A stretch of DNA of 64,000 nucleotides from Mytilus edulis (lineage: Eukaryota), in contig NC_092348.1 in NCBI RefSeq assembly GCF_963676685.1, positions 16,182,001 to 16,246,000 of the forward strand, written 5' to 3'. Below are positions 1 to 12,916 of the stretch, piece after piece. Numbering within the stretch: position 1 is the stretch's first letter; every line of letters starts with the position of its first letter. Below the pieces are notes generated by a model. It did no database searches and was not told the origin of the DNA. It saw only the letters and a list, made by a program, of their open reading frames with translations. The position numbers were made by a program, and so were the translations under genes.

Positions 1-134
1 TGTGACTTGGCATTGCAAAAGGTCATGTTTTTCTCTGGCTGTTTATGACGTCTTTATTAAAATCCATTGGATGTTGAATGTGTACCTATTGATAGTTTAG
101 TCGTTGATGCATGATTTTTTTTTATTAGTTGTTA

Positions 135-417
135 GGGAGCTACCATTTGATTTTTATGGGGGGGGGCTAGGATGAAATTTGAAAAAAATAGGCAGGACAG
201 GAGTTTTGAGTAAAAAAAAAAGGCAGGATGAGACACTTTGCAAAAAAAAAAGGCAGGATGACAATTTAGGTAAAAAAAGTCAGGATAAACTAATAAAAAA
301 AAGGCAGGACCCAATAGAGTGAAAAATAAAAAGGCAGGACAGAGATTACAACTAAAAAAAAATGCAGGACAAAATTTTTCATCCTAGCCCCCCCATAAAA
401 ATCAAATGGTAGCTCCC
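135..417. mobile_element. PIF/Harbinger-like MITE nested in an older interspersed repeat
   Basis: TIRs of about 30 bp (GGGAGCTACCATTTGATTTTTATGGGGGG...CCCCCCATAAAAATCAAATGGTAGCTCCC); TTA duplicated at 132-134 and 418-420; internal AAAAAGGCAGGA repeats. Confidence 0.8.
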
Positions 418-595
418 TTAGTGGCTTTGAACTAGCTGTCAGATAACTGCGAGTACTCTCAGATGTGTTCCTAGTGTCTTTTTGTTGTCGGGATGTATAA
501 GTTCCCGGCCACGTCAACTTGTATTTTGTCCATCTGATGAGTAATGCCTTTTTCAACTGATTTTTATAGTTCGTTCTTATATTGTACTGTTATAC

Positions 596-945
596 CAATG
601 TCCCAGGTTAGGGGAAGGTTTGGTATCCTCCTTGTTTAACCCCGCCACATTATTTTAGTATATGCCTGTCCCAAGTCAGAATAACCTGTAATTCAGTGGT
701 TGTCGTTTGTTTATGTGTTGCATATTTGTTTTTCGTTCTTTTTTTTATATAAATAAGGCCGTTAGTTTTCTCGTTTGAATTGTTTTACATTGTCTTATCG
801 GGGCCTTTTATTGCTGACTATGCGGTATGGGCTTTGCTCATTGTTGAAGGCCGTACGGTGACCTATAGTTGTTATTGTCTGTGTCATTTTGGTCCTTTGT
901 GGACAGTTGTCTCACTGGCAATCATACCACATCTTCTTTTTTTAT
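596..945 (+). repeat. Abundant interspersed repeat ending ...TTGTCTCATTGGCAATCATACCACATCTTC
   Basis: The same 3' end recurs near 3267, 12232, 27062, 54693 and 63457. Confidence 0.7.
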
Positions 946-1421
946 ATATACAAAAGATTTTATGAAATAAAAGTATGTAATGAACTGGTTCACACAATAT
1001 TATCCGATTATTGGTTTCATCAGTTTAAAAAAGTGAAGTCATAAGTTTTCGGTGCGTGGATACACAAGACTGCACAGTATTGTTATTCTCAACACAGTGG
1101 GTTTTTTTTAATTTAAATTTTCTTAGAAACCACGATTTCATTCATGTTTATCGAATAGATATATATTACAGCGAAATTTCCATCGAGTATTAATATATTA
1201 CAGTGACATCACTGTAGTGCTTTCGTAAAATACGAAAGTAGTATCGTCAACATCTTCAATCATAGGGAAAAAACCAACAGAGCCAATTAAATACAAGTTT
1301 ATGCATATTATATACCTTCAGGGTTTAACTCATAATTGTACTAAAACGAACAAGGAAATAAGTCTGGTCCTCGGGTAGAAAACCGGTTTATAGATTTTCT
1401 ATTTTGATTTTTTTTATCCAG

Positions 1422-4400
1422 TTTTGATTCTGGTGGATACAGCAACGCTGATGTTTGGATTGGTTATTATTTTAAAGACGTGTCAACAAAGGAATATGCT
1501 TGGATAAACGGTGAAAAATCTAGCTATGAAAACTGGAACCCTGATGACCCAGATTATAAAGAAGATTCTTGTGTTCGCTTAAAACAACGAGCTCAATATA
1601 AATTTGCTGATTGGGATTGTTTAGGAGAGTATTTTTACCTGTGTACAAGTAAGTATCAAAGACAATTCCGACCATTCGATCAAAAATGTAAATTACTTCC
1701 GCATTAGTGCATACTCTCAGATAACAATACAATCTTTTTGTTTCTTTCTTTTTTTTTTTTCATTATCAATGTTGAATTACCATGATAATTATTTGCTTCA
1801 GATGAATTATATTATCTTTATAGTCTTTATATATGAGCTCGAACAACAAAGTATACGATTACAAAATTGCTATTGCATGATGAGTTGACAGATAACAAAA
1901 TTGAGAATGGAAATGGAGAATGTTTCAAAAAGACAACAACTCGACCATAGAGTAGACAACAGCCGATGCATGTATTTGTTTTTTTTATACATTTAGGTGG
2001 CTCACCACCGGTAGTCGAAGATACAACAAACACAATAGTCACTACCTTAGGATCATCTGTATCGTTTGACTGTAGTTATACGTCGCTATGGGATGCAGTA
2101 GTACAATGGGTTCATATCACACCAAACCGAATAAGCATCATTAATGACACATTAGAACCGGTATTGTACAGTCAGTCACCACATTCCGTCGGAACAGTAA
2201 CCAAGAGTACATTACATATTACGAGTTTTAATTCATCTGATGTCGGTTCGTATCAATGTCAAGTGACCAATCAGTTTGGCACAGGGATGAGTAAGAACAA
2301 CACTCTGAAGAAACACAAAAGTGAGTTCATTTTCATTCTTACTTTGTATTGTATATTTTCAGAAGAGCTGACATATTTGGTTTTTTTTTTCTATGTTGTG
2401 GTTGGTATGCTGTTTATCTTTTGTTCTTTTATCTTTCATTTTGTCACGGATTTGTTAGTTACAGGGAGATAACTCTGTAAAGTCAGCTAAACGTTTTAAT
2501 TACGTTGTGTTGTAAAAGGAATATTAAGCTTCTCAATGATCACAATTGGTGTTTGTAAAACTGCTATTTAACCAGTGTAATTTTTCTGACAAAACGGTTC
2601 GTTCAAATTTTTTATATTTTTTTTTATTTTTATTTAAGGGTCAAAGTAAGTACTTTGACAAACTTTTATGAAAATTAAACGAGCCAAATTAATTTTAGTG
2701 CAAGTGTTGGGTACCACCTTAATATGAACATTAAATATTAATGCTTTAATCATCGCCAAAAAAGTTTTTTAAATGTTTTTTTCAGAAATCTCGTGTTGAA
2801 CCATTATCCTGTACATTAATAATGAATTATAGTTTAATAAACCTATTTTCCTCATTAGAAGATCTTAGAAGCAAAATCTATATCCATCAACGATATTTGC
2901 AGATTTTCTCTTTAGAGATGGAGATTACACTTGGCTTGAAGCTAAAGCTGGCTGCCAAACATTGAACATGGAGCTAGCTGTTTTGTCAACAACGATTGAT
3001 CACAACGATGCAGTCAACTATTTGTACAGGTAAATACACCTTGTTGGTTTTTTTTTAGGTATTTTGTACATGAATCTATTTTCGTTTTATACAAATGTGT
3101 TACTATCCCAATCTCTACAATAGTAAAACAAACTTGCTATTTTTCTGCGACTGACTTCTTTACTTCAGCACTCCAATATATTGACAACAATGTGTGAACA
3201 GAACACATAAAACAAAATATGACCTATAGTTGATAATTTATGAGTCACTTGGTCTCTGGTGGGGAGTTGTCTCATTGGCAATCATACCACATCTTCATGT
3301 TCATGGGTACAATAGTCAACTTTATGTTATAATCTTAATCAGTATAAAACAAATAACTATCCAAACAAGGAGAAAAAAGGCATATATACACTCTATAGTG
3401 AAACAAATCAGGTGAAATTTCCATTATACATTTCACTGTCCGCTTTTCAATCAAATTGACCATCTAATTACATATGTAGCAACTATTCGACATTTTTTAA
3501 AAAGGTTCTAGGTATTTCTACGGTTAGTTTATCCTGGCTCAAAATAACTGTTAATTATTGCAATCTTTGGTACAAATACTAGGATAATGGGTCGGAATAT
3601 CAAAATATGTGTTAAAATGTATGGCATACGTCTATCAGTCCTAAATGCTTTCAATGTGCTAGTTCACACGATTGATGTCCACACTTTTTTTCCGGGAATA
3701 TTAGTCTGATTCCGAATAGAACCTTCTTTGCTCTACATCATATATATTTTGCATGCTAGGAAGCTAATCAACACGTTCCAACTTCCATTGCTATGGTATT
3801 ACCCGACTATGAATCAAAGTGACTAACTCCCGCAAGCGAGTCGAGCACGCTAAAAGAATTACCGATGCGGTTTCTGAAAAGTACAAGTAACTAGAAATGT
3901 TTATGATTTTTTTTTTTGGAACTTATATTTGCAGTAACAATTTAAACCCTAATGGAATATGGATTGGACTATATAGCGATTTAGATAACAATGCAAGTCA
4001 GTTTATTTGGATAAATGGAGTTCGGGTAATGTCTCTAGATTTGGCTGTCAATGAACCTGACAATGAACAGATCAGAAATCAATCCACATGTGTTCGCATG
4101 AAACCTAGCTCCCAATACGCACTTGACGATGTTAAATGTACAGACACATCACCTTATTTGTGTACGGGTGAGTTCAATTTTTGTGAGAGTATTCTATGTT
4201 TATTTTTTTAACAAAAGTAAGTTCAATGCATTTAAAGGAAATAAACATTAGTCGCAACAGATTAGTTGTGAAATAAAAATATCAAGGAGGATGTTCACGT
4301 CTGATTGCAATCTACATACTGTGCAGTCGTTTCGCTTACAAATATTTTACAATGAGACATTATATTCTGTCGTATTTGAATTACATTCGGGATCCTATGG

Positions 4401-7400
4401 CTTTGTCGCTATGATGTGCACCTTCCAAAAATAAAAATTTGACATTTCGTTGACTGATGATGAACAAAAAGTTGAATAGAATGTTTTCGGATGCTAGAAA
4501 GCCGTCTAGTTAATACTTCCACTTATATAACAGTGGCTATATTTTTTTTTTATTAGAGCTTCACTGATGAGTCTTATGTAGACGTAACGCGCGTCTGGCG
4601 TATATACAAAATTTAGTCCTGGTATCTATGATGAGTTTATTATAGTTCCACTGTGATGACAAAATTAATTGAGCAACCCAAACAAACATAGTTGGTTATT
4701 GTGACACTCATTGGGATCCAGCTGCAAAAAGAGCATCGCTGAATTAAAAATTCAAAACAGATATACAAATATAGAAAAAGAAAAAAGTAATTGTAGATAT
4801 AAGAACATACAATATAACAAATATATCTTGATAGTGATAAACCTGAGTGTTCATCTATTATTTATGTATTTACTTTCAAATATGAATGCAATAATTTGAT
4901 TATTCTGATTTTTAGAGGGTTCTGCTCCTTCAGTATACACTACTCAATCGTCTATATCATTGCCAATAAGGACAGTCATTTTGTTGGAATGTCCATATTT
5001 TTCCTTATGGAACATCACAAACGTACAATGGCAACGAAAGACTTCTCAAGAGACCGTTATCTTAGACCATTGGAAAGATTCTAGCATGTATGGTGGTGGA
5101 ACAATCAATAATTCGTCATTAGTAATCACTAGTTTGGATGTTAATAATGATGGTCTTTACAGATGTTTTGTTGAAAATAAATTTGGGCTTGGGAGAGGAG
5201 AAGATATTACAGTCACAACTAATCCAGGTTGGAAACATTTGTGAAAAATATTTTTAGGTCGAACAATTTTAAAGTGGATCTACTATTGATAGACGTTAGA
5301 TTGATTTCTAATCTTTTACAATAAAAAAAAATGATATTATGTTAGGGTTCAGAAAAAAATATTTAGGTATTTATTACTTTTTCTACTGAATTTATACATA
5401 TTTAAAATGATACTATACTTTCAAACTCAAGTATCTTTCTAGATATTTTTCCACAATTCTTCAGTCATAGCAACAAATTTATTTTCGGAATTGTAATACT
5501 CAAATCATGAACACTATTTGTCTAATCTGATATATATGAGGTCTCTTTATAACATGACTGTGTTTTATAGGTATACCAATGATAGTTCCGACCACAGTAA
5601 TTTATAGAGTTAATGAATCTGCAAATATAACTTTAACATGCGAATCATTCGGGTATCCAAATATTACAACTCAAAAGTGGACAAGGAGCCTGCATGGATT
5701 CACAGTAACTCTTAAGACATCAAGCATGTATCTAGACATAACCAACGCCTCTGTAAGCGATATTGGTAATTACACCTGTTATGTGGAGAATGCTGAGGGG
5801 TCAACAAAGCTTGTATACAGTATATATGTGAAAGAAGGTGAATATAGTGTTATTCATAATGTTCAAATGTTATCGTCTTTTGCTTTAGGCCTTAGTTCAT
5901 AATTTCAAATAAAAAAAAATTGTATTTCAGTAATTTATGCAAACTTATTTTGTTTTTTAAGAGAGAAGAAAATAAAAATTTAAGCTGTACAAACATTTCA
6001 TTGTCATGCATTTGTAACCATCCATACAAGGAGGTAGTACTTTTGGTACCATCGGTCTATGTAGCCAGTAAAATATATAGCATACGAGATAGTAGCCAGT
6101 ACATTTGGGTACCATTCGTTAGTTAGCAAGTTTTTGTGTACCATTTGTCAAAAATGATGCCAAGCTTTCGTGTTGCAATTGTGAAATTATATAGTTTTAG
6201 TTCATGAATGAAGTATAGTAATCCTACAATCAAAAGCGCATCATCGATTATTAGATGACTTTTGATATTGTGTGCTTACAACTATTTGTTTTGCATTGAA
6301 AGCTTTTTAGTCTCTCAATAAGTACTTGATAGAAAAATATTGACCGGCAATACCGACATACTTAGATAATACAATAATTACACAATGCTATATTGATATT
6401 CTTGTTATTGTTATAATTAAACTCTTCAAAGATACCAGGAAACATCAAATAACTTAACTACAAACCTTAACTCGATTTATATCCAAATTTTAGAAATATT
6501 CATTTGACGTCACTTTTTTGTGGCGTTGATTCATTCGTGTGACGCATAGTTCGGTATTCTATTATGCTGTTTTGTGTGCTGTCCTAGATTATTTTAGATA
6601 TTCGTTATTCTGTGGTTGACATGTCAAAATGTACTTTGCTATTATATATACATATGTATTTCTCTGTCCTTGATGTTATTGCCTTTGTTTGTGCTGTGTT
6701 CCTATTATGTAGAGTTGTCATTTGACGGTATATTTAACATTGTCATAAAGAGAAATGTTTGGTTAGCAACAAGGCCATCTTTCTTAAAATGTCCTGTACC
6801 AAGTCAGGAACATGGTAATTGTTATCTAATAGTTCGTATCTATGTATGCTGCGCTGCAGTGGGTTTTTTTCTTGCACTTCGGTGTTTCTGTTGTTTCGTT
6901 GTTTTCCTCTTGTAGTTAAAACTGCTTCCCTCAGTTTTCGTTTGTGACCCGGATTTGTTTTCTCGTTGTGAATTTTGAACAGCGGTATACTCTTGTTGCC
7001 TTTTTGACAAATGATGCCGCTTAAAATGCTTATTTTCTGTAGAAAATCTGTTCAAACAATTTAACAAAGAGGTTGTGATAAATCTAAGCATTTCATCAGT
7101 CTTTACTCCAAAGAATTTGACTTTGAATCGATTTGGTTCCTGGTTTTTTACTGAGACCATATAGACAGAATTGATTAGGAAAAAGCATGATGCATAAATC
7201 TTTTAGAATGTATTTCAAGGTTTTCATTTTGATAAAAAAAAAAAAAGAGAAATAAAATGAAATAGACAGAGGGATATTCAAATTCGTAACTTGATAACGA
7301 ATAGACAACGCCATGGCAAAAAAGAATGAAAAACAAAGAAAAACAAAGTAAAACAACAGTTTGCCAAACTTTCCATAGAAAGATAATGACGGAATAACAC

Positions 7401-10400
7401 GTACATATTGTACCCGACCAAAAACCGGGGGTGATCTAAAGTTCTATGGAAGGGTAGGCAGATCATGATCCACGTGTGGTATTTGTCAGAATTCAGGTAG
7501 TCCGAATCAAACATCTAAATTTGTATTAGTCTAAATTCACTTCCACACCTTAATTGGATATAAAACAAACAATTTAGGGATTAAAAGAAAAGTTTATAAA
7601 TTTCGTTCGTCTAATTCACTAAAGTCATATAGTGAAACACTTGACGGACCATTCTATACACCTTTGGTTTAATTTGACTTGTTCAGTTTAACAGGTCAGG
7701 AACTCTACCATATATGAAAATGCATGAATTAGCATACTTATGTCCCCGCACATGTAACTGTTTATTTACGTGTGACGCAATTATGTTTACCTGGGTTTTT
7801 GACCAATCCATTAAATGAATAACAATGCATGATGGACTACTTCGTGTTTACAATCAACGAAGAACACGTGTTATTTTCTGAAATGCAACATTTTTTCGTT
7901 CAATGCGGGATAAACATTTTCGCTAAGTTTTTTATTTTATTTATCCACATTTAGAGTTTGTGATATAAAGTATTCGTTCCATGCTCAGATTAACGAAGAG
8001 TTGTTTCTATGCGAAGAAACAAATGTTTGAATTATCCGATATATAGCCATTAATATGTTTGATGTTTGACACGGCGATTTCAGTTGTTCGTCCACCAGAC
8101 AGCAACGAAACAGCAATGAAAAACACAATTACCCATAAAACTAACTTACTAGAGTTAGCCGTCGATAACAGCCGGTGCTAATATTCATGAGGGCAGCAAC
8201 TTTCGTATAGATAGTAAAAGAAAAATGTGTGATCCTTGAGGCAGAAATGATTATTTTTTGGAATGACATTATACAGGTTTAAAAGAGCTCAAAAATTGTT
8301 CATGCTAGACAGTGGTCAATTCATCTGACATTTCACTATTTCACGCCGTGAAATGATTACACAGGTACAATGCATAACAATGGAAAAAAAAACTGTTCAA
8401 CTACTTTTGAGCCCGTAAACAATATTTTTTTAATTTGAGCATGCAAATTGAAGATTATGTTATATATTTTACAATTAACATATTCGCAGAACAAAAACAA
8501 TTACTTTGAGAGTCCCAGACACTATATTAGTTGACAGTTTTCCCACTAATTCCACGTGTTTTCAAGTAGTATTAAACTCGTAGTTGCCCACAATACATTG
8601 TAGTTCATTGAGTCGATTGGTCAGCTTTTCAAGGCCGTATTGGCCTTGTGTTTGGGAAATTACTATGCAAATATATTCTGACGTCAGGAACTCTAGAGTT
8701 CTCGACCTGTTTAATGTATAATGTATTAAATTGGTAAATTTCAGAAGGGGCAGCACCTTTAGTATACATTACGCAATCCAAAGTTTTATTGCCAGTGAGG
8801 ACGAAAATTGTGTTGGAATGTCCGTACTATTCCTTGGGGAACATCACAGACGTACATTGGCAAAGAAAGACTAGTAACGAGACAGTTATTTTAGACCATT
8901 CAAAGGACACCAACTTGTATAATGGTGGCACAATTTGTAACACGTCACTAATCATCAATAGTTTAGATTTAAATAATGAGGGCATATACAGATGCTTTGT
9001 GGGGAATGAATTTGGGTTAGGCAGAGGAGAAGATATTACTGTCACAGCTAACCAAGGTTGAACACATTTATTATCAATTTAGTATTTTGGTAGAGAATAA
9101 GTGCTATACAATTGAAAAATATAGATTATTTATAGTCAAATATCGAGTATTCTTGGTTATAATATTTTTAAACAAGAAGTTAACTATAGGACAGCTGAAA
9201 TCGTTACATTTGTCTACATAATAATCCATTTCGGGAATGTAATTAGTTCTTGTTTCTTTTTTTTTTTATCATAATGAATATCAACCAAGCTATTACAGGA
9301 AATGTAACACTCGCATCATTAACTCTTATTGATTGAGGGTAATTCAATCTCAACTAATTTATAAGTATAAATAACTAGAACTGTTTTAATTTCAAGGTAT
9401 ACCTATAATTGTTCCTACCACAACATTTTACGACGTCAATGTTTCTGCCACTATAACTTTGACGTGTGACGCATATGGATACCCGAGCATTTCCAATCAA
9501 TATTGGACAAGGAGTCTTGGAGGATCTACAGTAATTCTTAAGACCTCAAGCATGTATCTAAACATAACCAACGCCTCTGTAAGCGATAGTAGTAATTACA
9601 CTTGCTATGTGGAGAATGCCGTGGGGTCAAGAAAGCTTGTATACAGTGTTTATGTGAACGAAGGTAAATCTTGTGTAATTCGTCCATTTTCTTTGACACA
9701 TTCCCCGTTTCTATCTGTTTTTATAACTTCAAAGAAAACCTATTGCTATCAACATGTTACAGCTCAAACCGGTGCTAGAAGCTGACTTTACCCTGCATTG
9801 AGAGAGGTTTTTTTCTTGCATCACTGTGACTTTGAAATGAACACTAAAACACTGTTCCTTTTGCTCTATGTGTGTAAGTTTGGTTTTTGTCGTGATTGTA
9901 CTTATTTTGTGTCATGGATGGATACTCCATATCCTTCAAATAAGTTTCATTTATTAATATATTGGATTTTAATGCTCAATAATGTGATGCAATGTTTTTA
10001 CGAATAAAAGGTCATGTGTGGTTAAAGTCGATGAGTCAACATCCGGATTCTATTTAATATATTAAAACGGGCAAAATACATATAGAAAAAGGTATTTAGT
10101 AAAGAGGTAGTTAATTTAATTTAAACAAAGTGAAATGACATCCGGCATCAAAACTATATCTGTACAGTATAATTGTTCTTATTCCTTTCGAATTATGGAG
10201 CAGTAGCAGTTTAGTTTTCTATTTTATGTATTTGAAGATTAAAAAAATGTCATAAGAAGTGAACTAAAATCAAAATATCAGAATCTTTAATTTGATTTAA
10301 AAACAAAAAGTTGCAAGAATCATATGTAACTTCTACAACTAGTAAAATTCAACCCTTATTTTTCAGAATTTACATTTATAGAATACAATAGTTTAAGGAT

Positions 10401-11074
10401 TAACTACGAGGTCAGCGTTTTATTTTATTTCAATGATGATTTATTGCAAATGATAATGATAATGATTAGCTCGAAATTACTGGTGTAATAGACATGCCAT
10501 TTTTCACCAAAAACTGCGTAGACACATTTTACTTTCAGAGAGTATATTGCTGCAAAATTGTGATTGAATAATTTGAAAGACGAAAATATATAATGGAAGA
10601 TTTTTCCCGATATATAAAAATTTGATACACAGTTTGACTGCATCATATTTTTCGACCTGCGTTTATAGAACAAAAAAACAAAATGCATATATCTTGATCG
10701 CTAAAACATCATTGTATGTAACCATTTATGCATTGTCCTATACATGTTACGATACAATTCTGTTATCTTCGTTTATTTCAGCTGAGAGTTTGTGTCCATG
10801 TGTTTGTGATAGTATAGCCAATCAGAACTTGAGTCATTATTCTTTTGACGAATTAAAGATAATACTCGCACCAGTAACAGATAAACTTCGACAAACATTA
10901 TCTGTCGATACATCAACTTTATCCTCCACAATATACAAACGTACTTGTATGCAAGATGACAGGCCATCTTCCAAACGGATTGGTTATTGTGGAATTGGAT
11001 TTTTATGTTCAGTGTTCTCCACATTACTTCTAATTGATATTACATCGTTCAAATGTTTTGGAACTTTTAAATAG
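1422..11074 (+). CDS. Membrane protein CTL-Ig-CTL-Ig-Ig-Ig-Ig-stalk-TM, 5' end not found in the window. Exons 1422-1648, 1997-2320, 2903-3029, 3935-4167, 4916-5227, 5571-5837, 8745-9056, 9397-9663, 10782-11074
   Basis: All AG/GT sites are phase-compatible. CTL motifs: WIG, W-x-E-A-x3-C, NEPDN, C-V-R, D-x2-C...Y-L-C. Ig motifs: C...W...D-x-G-x-Y-x-C-x-V-x-N-x2-G. The last exon has CPCVC and a hydrophobic segment IGYCGIGFLCSVFSTLLLI before the stop. Confidence 0.85.
4556..4642 (+). ncRNA. Degenerate minimal hammerhead ribozyme in a short Penelope/retrozyme-type repeat
   Basis: CTGATGA (4564) - GTCT/AGAC stem II - GTAA (in place of GAAA) - CGC/GCG stem III - TA. Confidence 0.6.
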
Positions 11075-11380
11075 ATACAAACTGTTTGTACAATTTAGTG
11101 ATTTCGTTTTGCTATCTGGTTTCCCTAGGTGTAGCTTTCTTCACTGTTGGACAAAATACATTTTATTTTAATGTTTTAACATATGAATGATTTGCTGTGA
11201 TAAAAACGTCAGTTAGAAAATCCATTCACGAAAAGTAAAAAGATAAAAAGTACTTAGCCTGAAAAAATTAGAAATAAGTCATTTAAACCGTATTTACAAT
11301 TTAAATTGTATATATTTACTCTATTGATTTTATAAAATTTAATCTTTGTTTATTAAAGGTTATGATCCTACGATACTTAA

Positions 11381-11853
11381 GGGGGCTCCTGGGTATAAAT
11401 CATTTTTTTTCTAATATAGGATTTAGCTAAATGAATTTTATCATATACTTAAAAGAAAAATGAAATAAAAAAATGTGGTCACCGTTCATTTAACTCTCAA
11501 TCTGCCTCCGGAAAAAGCATACATTTTTTTTAATGTTCAGAAATCGCTTAAATTTTACAATTATTTAGTTTATGTTACAGCTTATTTGAAAACAATAATA
11601 AAAAAATATAGGTCACCGATGAGTTAAAAAAGATATTTCAAATTTAATGCATTTTTGCACCAAAGGGAGATAATTTGGAGCTTTTTCAATGATATAAACA
11701 TTTTAAAAGTCATCTGGGGCCAAACCGAATGAGTTTTTTGGGTTGATTTTTGTACCATATCATAAAGTAATAACTTATAGTGTAATAAATAAAATTTGTA
11801 ACGAAAAAATAAAGATTTAATTTTTTGCTGAATTTTTGTACCCACGAGCCACC
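11381..11853. mobile_element. Non-autonomous TIR element with TTAA target (Kolobok-like)
   Basis: TTAA|GGGGGCTCCTGGGTA...TACCCACGAGCCACC|TTAA; an inverted related copy lies at 46796-47349. Confidence 0.7.
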
Positions 11854-12916
11854 TTAAGACATTTTAATATAATAATTATTCATTTTCGGCGGCATCTTGT
11901 ATTTCGGCCTCCTTTTTACCTTTGAAATACACTTGCTGTACATTTTTTCGGCTTATGTCACTACCACCGCTCCTGATTATTTATAACAAATAAAAAAAGT
12001 TGGAATCTATTTTTGAGGCTGAGTTGATGAAAAAAGTGTTTAAACAGCACTTACCTAGGAAAAGTGTTTAAAGCGCACTTACCTAGGAAAATGCATATTT
12101 GACAATATCATATTAAATGTCGGTATCATTGAATTTTCAACCTACATTGGGTTTTGTATCGACGTGCGTTAACCAATCAAAATCCTATAAATATACTAAT
12201 GTCTGTGTCATTTTGGTCTCTTGTGGACAGTTGTCTCATTGGCAATCATATCACATCTTCTTTTTTATAAGCCGGGGATAACCATCTTTCACGTTTTGTG
12301 GATTCGACCAATTTTAGTTTGTATATAATTTTTCACATGTTCATTTATTCAACAATTATTTTGGTGTCCCGTAACTGTCTGCAAGTTTCTATTGTTTCCT
12401 AATGTCATCAAGAGATTGTAAGGCAAAATTCTATTATTTTTATTTTGCTGTTTTGACTGTGATTGTTTTTTATATTACCTTTAGTCTTAGTTCTTTAGTA
12501 AGCACTTGTAGCGTGTTATGCTTTAGGCAAAGAAAAACATTTTAACGGTCAGTTCTTAGTGCCTTTTGAAATTTGAAATTTCATTACAACATGTTGTGTC
12601 ATTAAATGATATACCATAATCTTTCTTTTCGAATACCAATTCCAATAAAACATTTTAATATTTTCACCTCTTTTTTTCTGACGTTATACCAGAATTATTA
12701 ACATTTTTGGTGCAAAAGTATCACGCACTTTTATATTTGTATACTACAACGAGGATTGATGCATAATCAATAATGGAAAATTTACAAATATTGTATATTT
12801 TTAGATATATGGAAATCTTATAAAAGTTATCAATGCATGCAATCTGCGTTTGTACTTTGTATATCCTGGTTCAATGTGAGTGATTTTTAATAAATTGATA
12901 CATAGAAGGTAAACTA

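Noticed and set aside
12033-12091. 28-bp tandem duplication upstream of the transporter as a regulatory element
   Set aside because: A simple local duplication with no supporting evidence of function
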